DNA of 64,000 nucleotides from NCBI RefSeq assembly GCF_006345805.1, contig NC_042997.1:171368001-171432000 (forward strand), read 5' to 3'. Position 1 is the stretch's first letter; every line of letters begins with the position of its first letter. The stretch is from Octopus sinensis (Eukaryota). Shown in pieces: positions 51,252 to 64,000 of this stretch. The notes under the pieces were generated by a model that saw only the letters and a program-made list of their open reading frames with translations, was not told the origin of the DNA and did not search any database. A program made the translations under genes and the position numbers.

Positions 51252-51513
51252 TATATAGTTCAAATTTACAGAAAAACAAAAGATGAAGACAGGTGTTGGA
51301 ACAACAAGCAGGTGTATTGGTTTAACACTTTGGAAAAATGGAGAAATCTTTTACATTTCCTGCTTATGCTCTTCAACAGAAAAGAATAAGAAGAAAAAAT
51401 GGAGAGAGAACAACTGTGAAATTCAGCAGTCCAACATGGTGAGTTGATTCTTTTATTCTTATATTCTTTTATATGTTTCAGCGTTGTGGCTGTGGCCATG
51501 CTGGGATAATAAA

Positions 51514-51544
<31 letters not shown>

Positions 51545-51546
51545 TG

Positions 51547-51590
<44 letters not shown>

Positions 51591-51595
51591 AATTA

Positions 51596-52545
51596 TTGAC
51601 CTTTAGAATACGAATAGCCTGGGCAAAGTTTACTACTGGCGACAAAGGGTCTCTCACTCAGAGTGAAAGGTAGATTGTATGATGCATGTGTGCGAACTGC
51701 TATGCTTCACGGTAGTGAAACATGGGCCGTGACTGCAGAGGACATGCGTAGACTTGAAAGAAATGAAGCTAGCATGATCCGCTGGATGTGTAATGTCAGT
51801 GTGAATGCACGACAGAGTGTAAGCAACCTGAGAGAAATGCTAGACATAAGAAGCATCAGATGCGGTGTGCAAGAGTGACGCTTGCGATGGTATGGTCATG
51901 TACTGTGGATGGATGAGGAGAGATGTGTGAAGAAGTGCCGCTCCCAAACAGTTGAAGGAATCAGGGGGAGAGGTAGACCCAGGAAGACATGGGATGAGGT
52001 AGTCAAGCATGACCTCAGAGCGTTGGGCCTCACTGAGGCAATGGCGAAGGACAGAGATCTCTGGAGATGTGCTGTGACTGCAAAGACCCGGGATGCTTCC
52101 TGCACCAGTTCCGCATAGCCCCTGCCCATTCAAAGTACTTTGAGGAGACCTGTTGAGTCAAGTGCATGTACATGAACATCGAAACAAATATCAATGGAAA
52201 TAGTAGTTGTGATACCTGTGCCGGTGGCACATAAAAAGCACCATCTGAACGTGACCGATGCCAGCGCTGCCTTGGCTGGCTTCTGTGCCGGTGGCACATT
52301 AAAAGCACCAGCCGATCATGGCCGATGCCAGACCCCCCCCCCTGGCACCTGTGCAGGTGGCACGTAAAAAGCACCCACTACACTCGTAGAGTGGTTGGCG
52401 TTAGGAAGGGCATCCAGCTGTAGAAACACTGCCAGATCAGACTGGAACCTGGTACAGCTCCTGGCTTCCCAGACCCCGGTCGACCCGTCCAACCCATGCT
52501 AGCGCGGAAAACGGACGTTAAACGATGATGATGATGATGATGGTG
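51596..52545 (+). mobile_element. RTE LINE 3' portion with (GAT)n tail
   Basis: KGRLYDACVRTAMLHGSETW...GRGRPRKTWDEVV, followed by 3' UTR units and tail. Confidence 0.9.
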
Positions 52546-53149
52546 GATGTGTTTAGAAATCTGATGATCATATGTCTCAAAAGTTTTTCTGACACATCAA
52601 ATATTCATTATAATTTAAGAATTTTATCATTTCAGTGTCAGTGCATTAAGAACTACTCGATCGACTAATGTTTGCTTCATGTTTCTTTCATATTTCTTTT
52701 GCATGGATACATCATCAGTATAGTTATTTTTTATTTTTCTATTACCCCTTTCATTTTGCTTATGCCTTTTCTGAAGATATACTTAAATATGTATTTTTCA
52801 ATTTTATTTTTGTTTATTTCGTTATGGCTATTCAATATATAATTTACAAAAATTGCTGGGTTTTTTTGTTTTTTTTTGTTAAATAACACTGAAATAACAG
52901 AGAAAATGAGAAAGAAGAAATTTGAAAACAAACTTTTTGTAAAGCTAATTTAGTACAGCTTAAATTTTCTAGTGTGTGATAATAGCAGAAAATTAGTTTT
53001 GATAGGTTTTTCAAAACTCAATATAGTATATCCAAAATGATTTGTGAAAAATCTGATTAACATTTGATTTAAAATATTTTTTTTTTTCTCCTCTCATTTC
53101 TAGTGGTGTTATGTTCACAACTTCTGAAATGTATTTCCTATTTCATATT

Positions 53150-53181
<32 letters not shown>

Positions 53182-53298
53182 TATTATTATTATTTTGCTT
53201 TAATATATTTTCTCTCCCTTCAAATAAATGACTGCCATAGAAATAATATGAGAAAGAATATATTTAATTTCAAATAATATATTTTAAGGTCGTCTCTT

Positions 53299-53329
<31 letters not shown>

Positions 53330-53560
53330 TTCAACTGCTTCTTTTTGTCATCTGTCTAGTGCAATTCCTACCCTCTCTTTTTTTATCCATTCATCCATCC
53401 TTCATCTTTTGTGCAGTTCCTACCCTCCATTTTTCATCCATCCATTATCTTTTGTCCTTTACTTGTTTCAGTTATTTGACTGTGGCCATGCTAGGGCACT
53501 GCCTTGAGAAATTTTAGTTAAACCAATCAACCCTATTATTATTATTATTATTATTATTAT

Positions 53561-54111
53561 GTTTTTCCCTTCTTTCTTCAAATTTTCTTCCGTTTCTCAC
53601 CGAGTGTTTTCCATACACCTAGGGCAGAGAAGGGCATTGTATGTATTCCCAGATTACATGCGCAAATTCACAGATAAAATATGTATTTAAAAGTTAATAA
53701 ATAAATAAATTCATGGATGGATGGTATTTTCACAGCGATAATGCTCTTCTCAGTACATGAGCCGTTCCAGTTAATACGATTTTTTGCACTTCCTGTAGGG
53801 ATGGTAAGCCTGGAATCATTTTCAAATAGGTTTCAATACCTTTTTTTATCATTCCTAGAGATCCTGCAATCACTGGTACTGTAGTCGCCTTGAGATGCCA
53901 CATTTTTTCAATTTCCATTAGCAGGTCTTTATATTTACTAATCTTGTCAAATTCTTTCGCCGCTATATTGTGATCACAGGGAATACTCATGTCAATTAAT
54001 AAACACATCCTTTTTGTCTGATCTTTTATAATGATATCCGGTTTATTGGCTTTTATAGTCCTGTCGGTCTGCACGGGGAAGTCCCATAGAATTGACACAT
54101 TTTCTCCCTCA

Positions 54112-54113
<2 letters not shown>
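53561..54113 (-). mobile_element. R4/Dong-like non-LTR retrotransposon 3' fragment (REL endonuclease C-terminus) within (TAA)n
   Basis: Open 122-aa frame ILWDFPVQTDRTIKANKPDIII..LIDMSIP..KISKYKDL..VPVI.G.LG..; (ATT)n tracts on both sides. Confidence 0.8.
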
Positions 54114-54162
<49 letters not shown>

Positions 54163-55634
54163 GTGTAAAAACCTGGTACTTATTCAATTAGTCACTTTTA
54201 CTGAGCTGCCAAGTTACATGGATGTAACCACAAAAAACAGGTTGTCAAATGATGGTGGGGGACAAATACAGACACAAAGACACACACACATAGATATAAA
54301 TTCATATACATATACAATGAGCTTCTTTCAATTTCCACCTACCACATCCACTCACAAGGCTTTGGTTGGCCCCAGGCTATAGTAGAAAACATTTGCCCGA
54401 GGTGCCATATGGTGGAACTAAACTTGGAACCTTGTAGTTGGGACACAAACTTCTTACCACACAACCATGCCAATGCCTATATATATATATAATTAAAAAG
54501 CATGTTCTTTGTCTATCTCCTTACCTTCTTGGAGGTTTTAGGTAAAATTATACCAAGGTGTCCAACTGTTTTAATTTAATTTAATTCTATGTATTTGTGC
54601 AGCTGAGGATTGTTCTGCATTTAAATTGTTCTAATGGTTGCATTGTTCAATTAAATGGAGTCGCTTGAAACGATCATACTGCATTACCTCTGGATATCCT
54701 GTTGCTTATTTTGATTTTAACCACCTTATTTTGAAACTGTATGGATAATACTGTGCTAAATTCTGGTACCTAATTCATCTGAATCTAAATTTTTGCTCAT
54801 ATATATATATATATATATATCGTCTATCTGGATGTTTTGTTGTCTCATTTTTGTATCACCTAACTGTCTGGATGTTTTGCATTTTGTATTTTATATACAT
54901 ATTTATATATATATATATATATGCGTACACTTTGGTCTCTTATATGTAAGTATACATTTTTCTAAATCTTGTACGACTCTATATCTGTCTATCAGCCCTT
55001 TCACACTCATTCCTTCATTCCACACTTCGTTCCACCTCTCTCATATTTCTTTGCCTTCTCTTCTTGCTCACTTTCCCTCCACCTTTCACTTCACTGTATC
55101 CCTGTCATTTTTTCTCGCCCCTCCTTAATTCTTCTGTCCTTCTACCTCTACCTCACTCTCTTCTCTTCCCACATGACTGGTGCTCGGCTAAGACTGATCT
55201 TTATCTCTTGGTCTGGCCATTGTCCTTGCAACTTTGATATTCCTCCCTGTGCCTGCGAAATCTTGTATCCCTGCCATAATGCTTTATTTCCACACATGTC
55301 AGCTTAATTTAATTCTTCCTTACTCGAAAGACACCTGTTGTTATGTCCTGCTATTATTTTTATTGTATCTGTGTAACATTGTCTGTTTTTTTCCGTCCTT
55401 GTTTTTGTATACATTCGCTGCTTTCTTCCAAGGAATCTAATGCAAACTGTCAAATTTAGCCCAAACACCATGTATATTCATCAAAACCAGGCTAGCATGG
55501 AAAATTGAGTTTAAAAACAAATCACAATATCTTCTCTCTGCGCACCAACCACACACTTGCATACACTCAGCAGCATGGCCACAGTCTTTGGGTTGAAATG
55601 CATAAAAAAATAATTGAATGTATATATTATTTTA

Positions 55635-56055
55635 TTCTTTACTTGTTTCAGTCATTTTGACTCTGGTCATGCTGGAGCACCACCTTAAAGATTTTTTTAA
55701 TTCTTTTTTTAGTCAAAGCAATTGACTCTAGGACTTATTCTTTGTAAGCCTAGTACTTATTCTACCAGTCTCTTTTGCTGAACTGCTAAGTTATGGGAAT
55801 GTAAACACACCAACACTGGTTGTCAAGCAATGGTGGTAGGGACAAACATAGATACAAAGACACACGCACATAAATATGTCTGTGTGTGTGTGTACAATGG
55901 GTTTCTTTCAGTTTCTGTCTACCTGATTCACTCACAAGGCTTTGGTCAGACTGAGGCTATAGCAGAAATTACTTGTCCAAGGTGCCATGCAGTGAGACTG
56001 AACCTGGAACCATGTAGTTGAGAAATAAGCTTCTTACCATGTAGCCGTGCCTGTG
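55635..56055 (-). mobile_element. SINE family B, tail type 1
   Basis: Same modules as the other family B copies. Confidence 0.8.
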
Positions 56056-56291
56056 CCTTTTCATAAATACACATACAGTTTACTGTTTTGTTAAGGTGAG
56101 ATCAATAAAAAAATAGTCCATCCAGTATGAGATGAATATCATTTAATGTATACAGTATAAAGATATTATTTGTTTGCTATGGAATCACATGTCTAGACAG
56201 GTTTTAATACCACACCTTATGTCTCCAAGAAATCTTCAGGTCTGAGCACATGCTCTGCTCTATTTGAAAATCATGATGTGGATACATGAGA

Positions 56292-56928
56292 AACTAGAAA
56301 AGCACTCGGAGAGTGCAAACCTCCGCTAAGCAGCTCATTTCTACCCATGTACACGTATGCTGAAAATCCCCCACTTTCCCAAACCAACACCGGCAAAAAA
56401 ATAACCTCATTGGTGGGGTTTAAAAAAAATAACACAGCAATATGATTTTTTAAAAAAAACCTTTAAAAACAGGAATCATCTGAAGCAGTTATAATACATC
56501 AATGACAACAGCAAGCTAGTTTCACCATACAACTAAAAAGAAACAACAATTACCTAAATCTTGAGTGATACACACACAACGCAAGTAAAATTACTAATAG
56601 AGAAAAGAAAATAAACTTTGGAAACAGCAACACCACCATAGGTTACATTGAAATGATGAACGTGTTTCCAAGGGAGATAATCAGAGAACGTAACGTTGTA
56701 ATACTTCATGTAAAGTAAATATAACAAATGAAAAATCCTTCAAGAATCCATAAAGATTTCCGGATCACTACCAAAATTTCATCATCTGTTCCTTGTGTCA
56801 TTACCAATTTTTCCTGCAAGTTTCATCAAATACAGTTCACAAACTTTTTGAGTTATTTTGCACACAGACGGACAGATGAACAAACCAACGCTGATGAAAA
56901 CATAATCTCCTTCATTGGCAGAGGTAAT
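56292..56928 (+). mobile_element. Helentron-associated (DINE/HINE-like) non-autonomous element
   Basis: aactagaaaagcactcggagagtgcaaacctccgctaag ... ctccttcattggcagaggtaat, with short sub-terminal inverted repeats (cctccgc.aa / ttggcagagg). Confidence 0.55.
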
Positions 56929-57179
56929 CATGAGAAAAAACATTTATTAAAATGTTATTAAAACCTGCCTAGACACGTGATTCCACAGCAAGAAACTGTT
57001 AGCAACTTGTAACTTTATCATGTGTACATTAAATGCAGAATAGGTAGATGTACCTACCAACTCTACCATCAAATGTTGCATTCTTGTTCTTATTGCTGTT
57101 ATTACTAATATCACCCTATGTCTGGTCGGACAAAGGAGCATGGTCTTATACAAAACTATGAGAGAATGTATAGGAGGAA

Positions 57180-57660
57180 TGTATAAGAAATAGAAAGAGA
57201 GAAAAGATGGAAAAGATAGAGCGAGAAAGAGAGAGGGAGAGAGAGAGAAGTTGAGTGCAAGAATGAGCAGGAAAAGAAATAGATGGAGAGTAAGGTGGGA
57301 AAAGAAGAGACAGTAAGAGAAACAGTGAGGGAGAGAAAAAAACAGATAAAAATTGTGGAAGAGAGGATGAAAAAATATGAATGAAAAAAAGCTAAGAAAG
57401 AGAGAAATAAAGAAGAGAAGAAACTGAAGAAAAATCAGGAGAGAAGGAGGGAGAGAAAGAAAGAGAGAGAGCACAAGAGTGAGAAGGAAAAGAAATAGAT
57501 GATAAAAAGAGAGATAAAAAAGCAGGTAAAAATTCTGGAAGAGAGGATGAAAAAAAAATGAATGAAGAACGCTAAGAAAGAGAGAAATAAAGAAGAGAAG
57601 AAACTGAGGAAAGATCAGGAGAGAAGGAGAGAGGGAGAGAGAGAGAGAGAGAAAGAATTA
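57180..57660. repeat. Polypurine tract containing a 180-bp tandem duplication
   Basis: aaaatt.tggaagagaggatgaaaaaa...gagaagaaactga.gaaa.atcaggagagaagga occurs at about 57349 and about 57529. Confidence 0.85.
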
Positions 57661-57852
57661 TATGAAGGAGAGTTAAAAGAAGACCTTTGTGTTAGTGATA
57701 ATTTTGATCAATAAGTCTTCCTTTCAGGAATGAGATGTGTGTTGAAAGAGGAAAAATCCACGACAGCTGGAACTGCTGAGGAATACGAGGAATCAAGAGT
57801 GTTGAATGGTAGTGGATTATAAAGAAGGAAGGATAGACTCTATGAGTGTGTG

Positions 57853-57897
<45 letters not shown>

Positions 57898-58840
57898 TGT
57901 GTGTGTGTCTGCTTGTAACAGTTGCCTTTTGAGAATTTTTTTTTAGCAACACTAGAGAAAATGGAAATGAATATGAAGCATGTCATTGTTGTAAAGGGAG
58001 ACTCTGAAAATATATAGATAGACGTATACATATGTCATCATCATCTTCATCATCATCATCATCATAATCATCGTTTAACGTCCGCTTTCCATGCTAGCAT
58101 GGGTTGGACGATTTTGACTGAGGGCTGGCAAAACAGATGGCTGCACCAGGCTCCAATCTTGGTCTGGCAGAGTTTCTACAGCTGGATGCCCTTCCTAACG
58201 CCAACCACTCTGAGAGTGTAGTGGGTGCTTTTTACACGCCACCGGCTCAGGGGACAATCAGGCAGTACTGGCAACGACCTCGCTCGAATCTTTTTACATA
58301 TGCCACCGGCACAGGTGCCAGTAAGGCAACGTTGGTAACATATATTGGTATGTATGTGTGTATACATACATATATATATATATATATATGTAGAAACATT
58401 GCCAGATAAGACTGGAGCCTGGTGCAGCCTTCTGGCTTCCCAGATCCCCGGTCGAACCGTCCAACCCATGCTAGCATGGAGAACAGACATTAAACGATGA
58501 TGATGATATATATACACACAATACATATACATATATTGTGAAGGCACATGGCTTAGTGGTTAAGGTGTTGCACTTGTGATTGCGAGATTGCGGGTTCGAT
58601 TCCCAGACCAGGTGTGGCGTTGTATTCTTGAGCAAAGCACTTCATTTCATGTTGCTCTGCGATCATTTTGATATCTGACATGTGGCATCCATTGCACCTG
58701 TACAGGTAATGTCGATCTGATGGAGGGAGTGAGCTTACGTGTACACAATCATTTCATCACTATGAACAAATCATCTGTGTGGTTGTTCGGTATGAAATTG
58801 TTGAACCCTCATACATCATCTAACAAAGAGAGAGTTCATC

Positions 58841-58877
<37 letters not shown>

Positions 58878-59174
58878 ATAATTATTATTTGAGGGAATAA
58901 AATCCAAACTTACAAGGAAAAAAATTCAATTTAGAAATACTAAATCAAATTTCACACAATATAATATATATAAAAAAAATTAGAAAAAAACCACCTTTTA
59001 TCAATTCAAAATGAACAATTAAATTATACCATCTAGAAAATTACATATAATAGAAATATTAAAATTAAAATAACAATAAAATGTCAATGATTAAGTAAAT
59101 TGCAAAAAAATAATAAAAACATATATGATTGGTAGAATATACATAAGGTTAGTGAGAGCTGTGCAAGCCATGTA

Positions 59175-60954
59175 CAGTGGCTTGCAAAGATCTACACCTC
59201 CTTTGAAAATTTATATATTTTATATAATTTAACAGGGAACAACACATTTTTTCAATTCCAATGATCGTTAAATAATAAGAAGATCCATCACACTTTCCTT
59301 TGATATAAAAATTACATTTTAAAAATTTCACACTGATTCTTAAAATCATATGTCTTTGCAAAAGTCTACACCTGCCAAATATTATACTGTGTCATCAGGT
59401 AGTTTGTCATTGATGTATGACAAAAAAAAAAAAATCAAAATCGATCAACATCAATGGAAATTGTAGTTGTGATACCAGTGCCGGTGGCACATAAGAGAAC
59501 CATCCGAACATGGCCATTGCCATCGCCGCCCCGACTGGCTTCCATGCCGGTGGCACGTAAAAATAACCATCCGATCGTGGCCGTTTACCAGCCTCGTCTG
59601 GCATCATTTTGCTATATAAGGAGATTTAACTGCCTACAAAATCATTCACCACATGGTTTTTCGGTATGTTGGACTTTGGACTCTGATGGTAAACATAATG
59701 TGTCCAACTCGGGAAAGAAAATGGGCAAGCCTCTGTCTCAGGAACTTAAAAACCTTATTATTCAAAAGTACAATGAAAATAATAGCTATAAAAAGATTGC
59801 AAATACTTTAGAATTGCCCCTAAGCACTGTTAAAACTGTAGTTAAGAAGTGGTTAGTGCACAAAACCACTGCTACCCTACGAAGATCTGGGAGACCGAGC
59901 AAACTTACCAGAAGAGCAAAGTCAAAACTGGTCCGGGAGGCAACCTCCAGCCCTAGTGCAACACTGGAAGACTTGAAAGCTTCAGTTTCCAGTACTGGGA
60001 CAGATGTACATGCATCTACAATTTCCAGAGTATTGCACCGGTCTGGCCTGCAAGGGAGTGTAGCTAGAAAAAAGCCCCTTCTGAAGCCTATACAGAAGCA
60101 AGCTAGGCTAAACTTGGCCAGAAGCCACATTAATGATTCCATGACCATGTGGCGAAAGATTTTGTGGTCATATGAGACCAAAGTTGAGTTATTTGGAAAA
60201 AATATAAAACGCTACGTTTGGTGGAAAAAAGGCACTGCTCACCAACCTCGTTACACCGTCCCCACTGTAAAGCACGGCGGTGGCTCGATAATGCTTTGGG
60301 GCAGTTTTTTAGCTGCAGGGCCTGGAGAGTTGGTAACCATCCAATGTATCATGGACAGTGTCAAGTACCAAGAAATATTGGAGGCAAACCTGCTGAAGTC
60401 TGCTAGAGCTCTGCACTTGGGTCGCAATTTCAAGTTTCAACAAGATAACGACCCCAAGCATGTGTCAAAAAGCACTAAAGCTTGGTTTGCTAGCAAGAAA
60501 ATCATAGTTTTGGAGTGGCCCAGCTAGTCTCCAGATCTCAATCCTATAGAAAATCTATGGCAAGATCTAAAGCTGGCTGTGCACCGACGTTCCCCATCCA
60601 ATCTGACACAACTCGAGAAGTTCTGGCGAAAACTGTCAGCAGACCACTGCAGCAAACTCCTGGAAGGCTATCTGATGCATCTGCAGGCTGTAATTGACAC
60701 AGCAGGATCATTCACAAAGTATTAGCTGTAGATATTCCAAAGGGGGTGTAGACTTTTGAAAAGACATTTTTCAAAATTATCTTTGTTAAAGAATCTGTTT
60801 TAAATTTTTCAAATGTATTTTGTGTCTTAAATAAAAGTGTGATAAATCTGCTTATTAAAACAAATTATTGGAGTTTAAAATATTAATTGTTCTTATCAAA
60901 ATAAACAAAATACATCCAGTTTCCAAGGGGGCTGTAGACTTTTGCAAGGCACTG
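59175..60954 (+). mobile_element. Tc1-family DNA transposon with IR/DR-type long terminal inverted repeats
   Basis: TA|cagtggcttgcaaagatctacac ... tgtagacttttgcaaggcactg|TA. Inner direct repeats at 59351-59372 and 60745-60766. RTE-tail insertion at about 59421-59603. Confidence 0.95.
59721..60725 (+). pseudogene. Tc1 DD34E transposase; first catalytic D is Y, and there is a premature TAG at 60525-60527
   Basis: Paired-like HTH, GRP motif, LWS(Y)ETK, KHGGGSIMLWG, FQQDNDPKH, WPS*SPDLNPIENLW. D-to-E spacing is 34. Confidence 0.93.
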
Positions 60955-61006
<52 letters not shown>

Positions 61007-61007
61007 G

Positions 61008-61045
<38 letters not shown>

Positions 61046-61113
61046 ATATATAATATATATATAAAAGGATATATATATATATAATATATATATATATATA
61101 TAAAAACACCATC

Positions 61114-61865
61114 CGAAGACCCGGCAAGACTAGTCAGGCCATAACCATGGCCCCTACCTGGGACGTAGTCAGTCCACCTGTGCATACCTTCCTTCTTGTG
61201 ACACTTGTGAAGACCTGTTGAGGCAAGTGAAAATCAAAACAAATCAAAATAGATGAACATCAATGGAATTTGTATCTTTGTGGTACCAGTGCCGGTGGCA
61301 CGTGGCACATAAGAAAACCATCCGAACGTGGCCGTAGCCAGTACCGCATCGATTGGCCTCCGTGCTGTGGGCACGTAACAAGCACCATCCGATCGTGGCC
61401 GTTTGCCAGCCTCATCTGGCACCTGTGTCGGTGGCACATAAAAAACACCATCCGAGCGTGGCCGTCTGCCAGCCTCGTCTGGCACCTGTGTCGGTGGCAC
61501 ATAAAAACACCATCCGAGCGTGGCCGTCTGCCAGCCTCGTCTGGCACCTGTGTCGGTGGCACATAAAAAACACCATCCGAGCGTGGCCGTCTGCCAGCCT
61601 CGTCTGGCACCTGTGTCGGTGGCACATAAAAAACACCATCCGAGCGTGGCCGTTTGCCAGCCTCGTCTGGCACCTGTGTCGGTGGCACATAAAATCACCC
61701 ACTACACTCTCGGAGTGGTTGGCGTTAGGAAGGGCATCCAGCTGTAGAAACACTGCCAGATCTGACTGAACTGGTGCAGCTTTCGGGCTCCCCAGACCCC
61801 AGTTGAACCGTCCAACCCATGCTAGCATGGAAAGCGGACGTTAAATGATGATGATGATGATGATG
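61114..61865 (+). mobile_element. RTE LINE 3' end with a homogeneous 61-62 bp unit array and (GAT)n tail
   Basis: gaagacccggcaagac (ORF2 end), then five near-identical units at 61417-61690. Confidence 0.9.
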
Positions 61866-61885
61866 ATATATATATATACATATAA

Positions 61886-61930
<45 letters not shown>

Positions 61931-61931
61931 G

Positions 61932-61964
<33 letters not shown>

Positions 61965-62736
61965 GTATGTATGTATGTATACACACACACACAATGGTCT
62001 TCTTTAAGTTTCTGTCTACCAAATACATTCATAAAGCTTTAGTTGACCCAGGGTTTTTGTAGAAGACATTTGCTGAGTTGGGACTGAACTCACAACCATG
62101 TAGTTGGGAAACAATCTTCTCACTACACAGCCATGCCTGCACCTACACATATATACAAATTTTCCTCGGTTTACACACTACCTGATTTGCTTGGTCTCAT
62201 TTTGGCACAGTTAGTTTGGATCGATTTTATTCATACTATATGTACACAGAAACAGCATTTCAACATTTCATTTTCATTTTCATTTTTCCTTTCCTTTCCT
62301 TTCATCTCATTTCCAAATTGTGTTAGACCGCACTAAACTAACACTTATTTTATTTTCTCATACTTTATTGAATATTTTAGAAGTTGAATAATAGTTTCAA
62401 ATGTCAAATAAGTCAATTTGTCAAGAAATAAGAATTGATATATTAAATAAACTTCAAAACGGAAAGAGATAAAAAGAGATGGAGGAATAGTTTAATATAA
62501 ATGAAGCAACTGTTAGAAGAACTTAGAAAATATATTGGGAAAGCTCTATTATTTAGGATAGAAGGGGAAACCCCTTGTCATGACAATATATAAGAAAGGT
62601 AAATCAGGGCTAGTCTTGACTTATTCACTTACCCAGCTATTTTCATTGTTAATCCATGAGTTGGAGAGTGGCAGTCAACTTGTTAAAATTTCCATCTGAT
62701 TCAATACATGATGAAATGCATAACATATGATGGTTA

Positions 62737-63105
62737 GGCGTAGGAGTGGCTGTGTGGTAAGTAGCTTGCTTACCAACCACATGGTTCTGGGTTCAGTCCC
62801 ACTGCATTGCACCTTGGACAAGTGACTTCTACTATAGCCTCAGGCCGACCAAAGCCTTGTGAGTGAATTTGGTAGACGGAAACTGAAAGAAACCTGTCTT
62901 ATATATATATATATATAATTTCAAAATAAGGTGATTAAAATCAAAATAAGCAACAGGATATCCTTGTTGCTTATTTTGATTTGAATCACCTTATTTTGAA
63001 ATTGTATGATAATACCGTACTAAATTCTGGTACCTCAACCTAAGTACCATATTCATCTGAATCTATCTATCTATCTATCCATCCATCCATCCATCCATCC
63101 ATCCA

Positions 63106-63146
<41 letters not shown>

Positions 63147-63385
63147 GTATATGTATATGTATATATGTGTGTATGTGTTTGTGTGTGTGTGTTTGTGCTC
63201 CCAACATCGCTCAACAACAGATGCTGGTGTGTTTACATCCCCGTAACTTAGTGGTTTGGCAAAAGAGACCGATAGAGTAAGTACTAGGCTTACAAAGAAT
63301 AAGTCCTGGGGTTGATTTGCTCAACTAAAGGTGGTGCACCAACATGGCTGTAGTCAAATGACTGAAACAAGTAAAAGAATAAAAG
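62737..63385 (+). mobile_element. SINE family B, tail type 1, interrupted in its microsatellite by the palindromic repeat at 62917-63065
   Basis: Well-preserved head ggcgtaggagtggctgtgtggtaagtagcttgc...; tail at 63180-63385. Confidence 0.85.
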
Positions 63386-63422
63386 AGTATATATATGTCC
63401 TCTTCTGCATTTTTGTTCCATT

Positions 63423-63480
<58 letters not shown>

Positions 63481-64000
63481 GTGGCATACATACATCCTTG
63501 TGCTCACCTTATAGTAGGTATGTATCTAAATTTTGAATGACTCTTACTTTATCTTTTATTTCCTCTCTCATTTTTCTTCCTTTCTCTCTCTCCCCTCTTT
63601 CACATTTCTTGGTCCTCTCTTTCTTTAACTCCCACTATTTCCCACATGTTTATCTCCCCTGCACCTTTCCCTTTGTTTCTGATTTTTTTTCTAATCCTAC
63701 AATCCCGCTGTCCCCTACCCATCTATCCTCCTTCCATGTAACGGTGTCCGGTCAGCCATGATCTTTCTTTTTTGGCCTGACTGCCAACCATCAGCATGTC
63801 TTGTGTCCATCTCCCATGTTCCTGCCTTTAGGCTTTCACTTCATACACCCCAGCTCAGTTTGAATCGTTCTCAGTTGAAAGACGCCTGTTCTTATTTCTT
63901 GTTGTTGTATTCATAATTGTGTATCATGTTCTCCATTTTTTTTGTTTGTTTGTTTTTTCGTCTTTGTTGCTGTATACAAAAGCGCTAGCTTTTTAACAAA

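Noticed and set aside
59454-59720. N-terminal extension of the 357-aa Tc1 ORF
   Set aside because: Read-through of an inserted RTE tail and the 5' UTR; the real start is the ATG at 59721.

Overview
This is AT-rich, repeat-saturated eukaryotic DNA with no recognisable host protein-coding gene. It is probably intronic or intergenic, and the SINE/LINE families resemble those I recall from octopus (inference, not searched). Almost all ORF-track entries are translated microsatellites or SINEs. Real coding remnants are all transposon-derived: a young RTE-clade LINE whose RT contains an inserted PHD finger (30668-34140), a near-intact IR/DR-type Tc1 element (59175-60954), a rosa/DD41D-like mariner, an L1/Tx1 remnant and an R4/Dong endonuclease fragment inside a (TAA)n tract. 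Four tRNA-headed SINE families, MITEs, a Helitron, a Helentron-like element and two LTR-like copies fill the rest. Three signals are not shown by the ORF track. (1) Several type I hammerhead ribozymes sit in Penelope-like repeats, including a pair at the outer ends of a 1.7 kb inverted structure (10410-12125). (2) Local fold-back and templated inverted duplications recur along the window. (3) A variable-number array of twin-hairpin units sits in the RTE 3' UTR. All alignments and folds were done by eye; boundaries of degenerate repeats are approximate.
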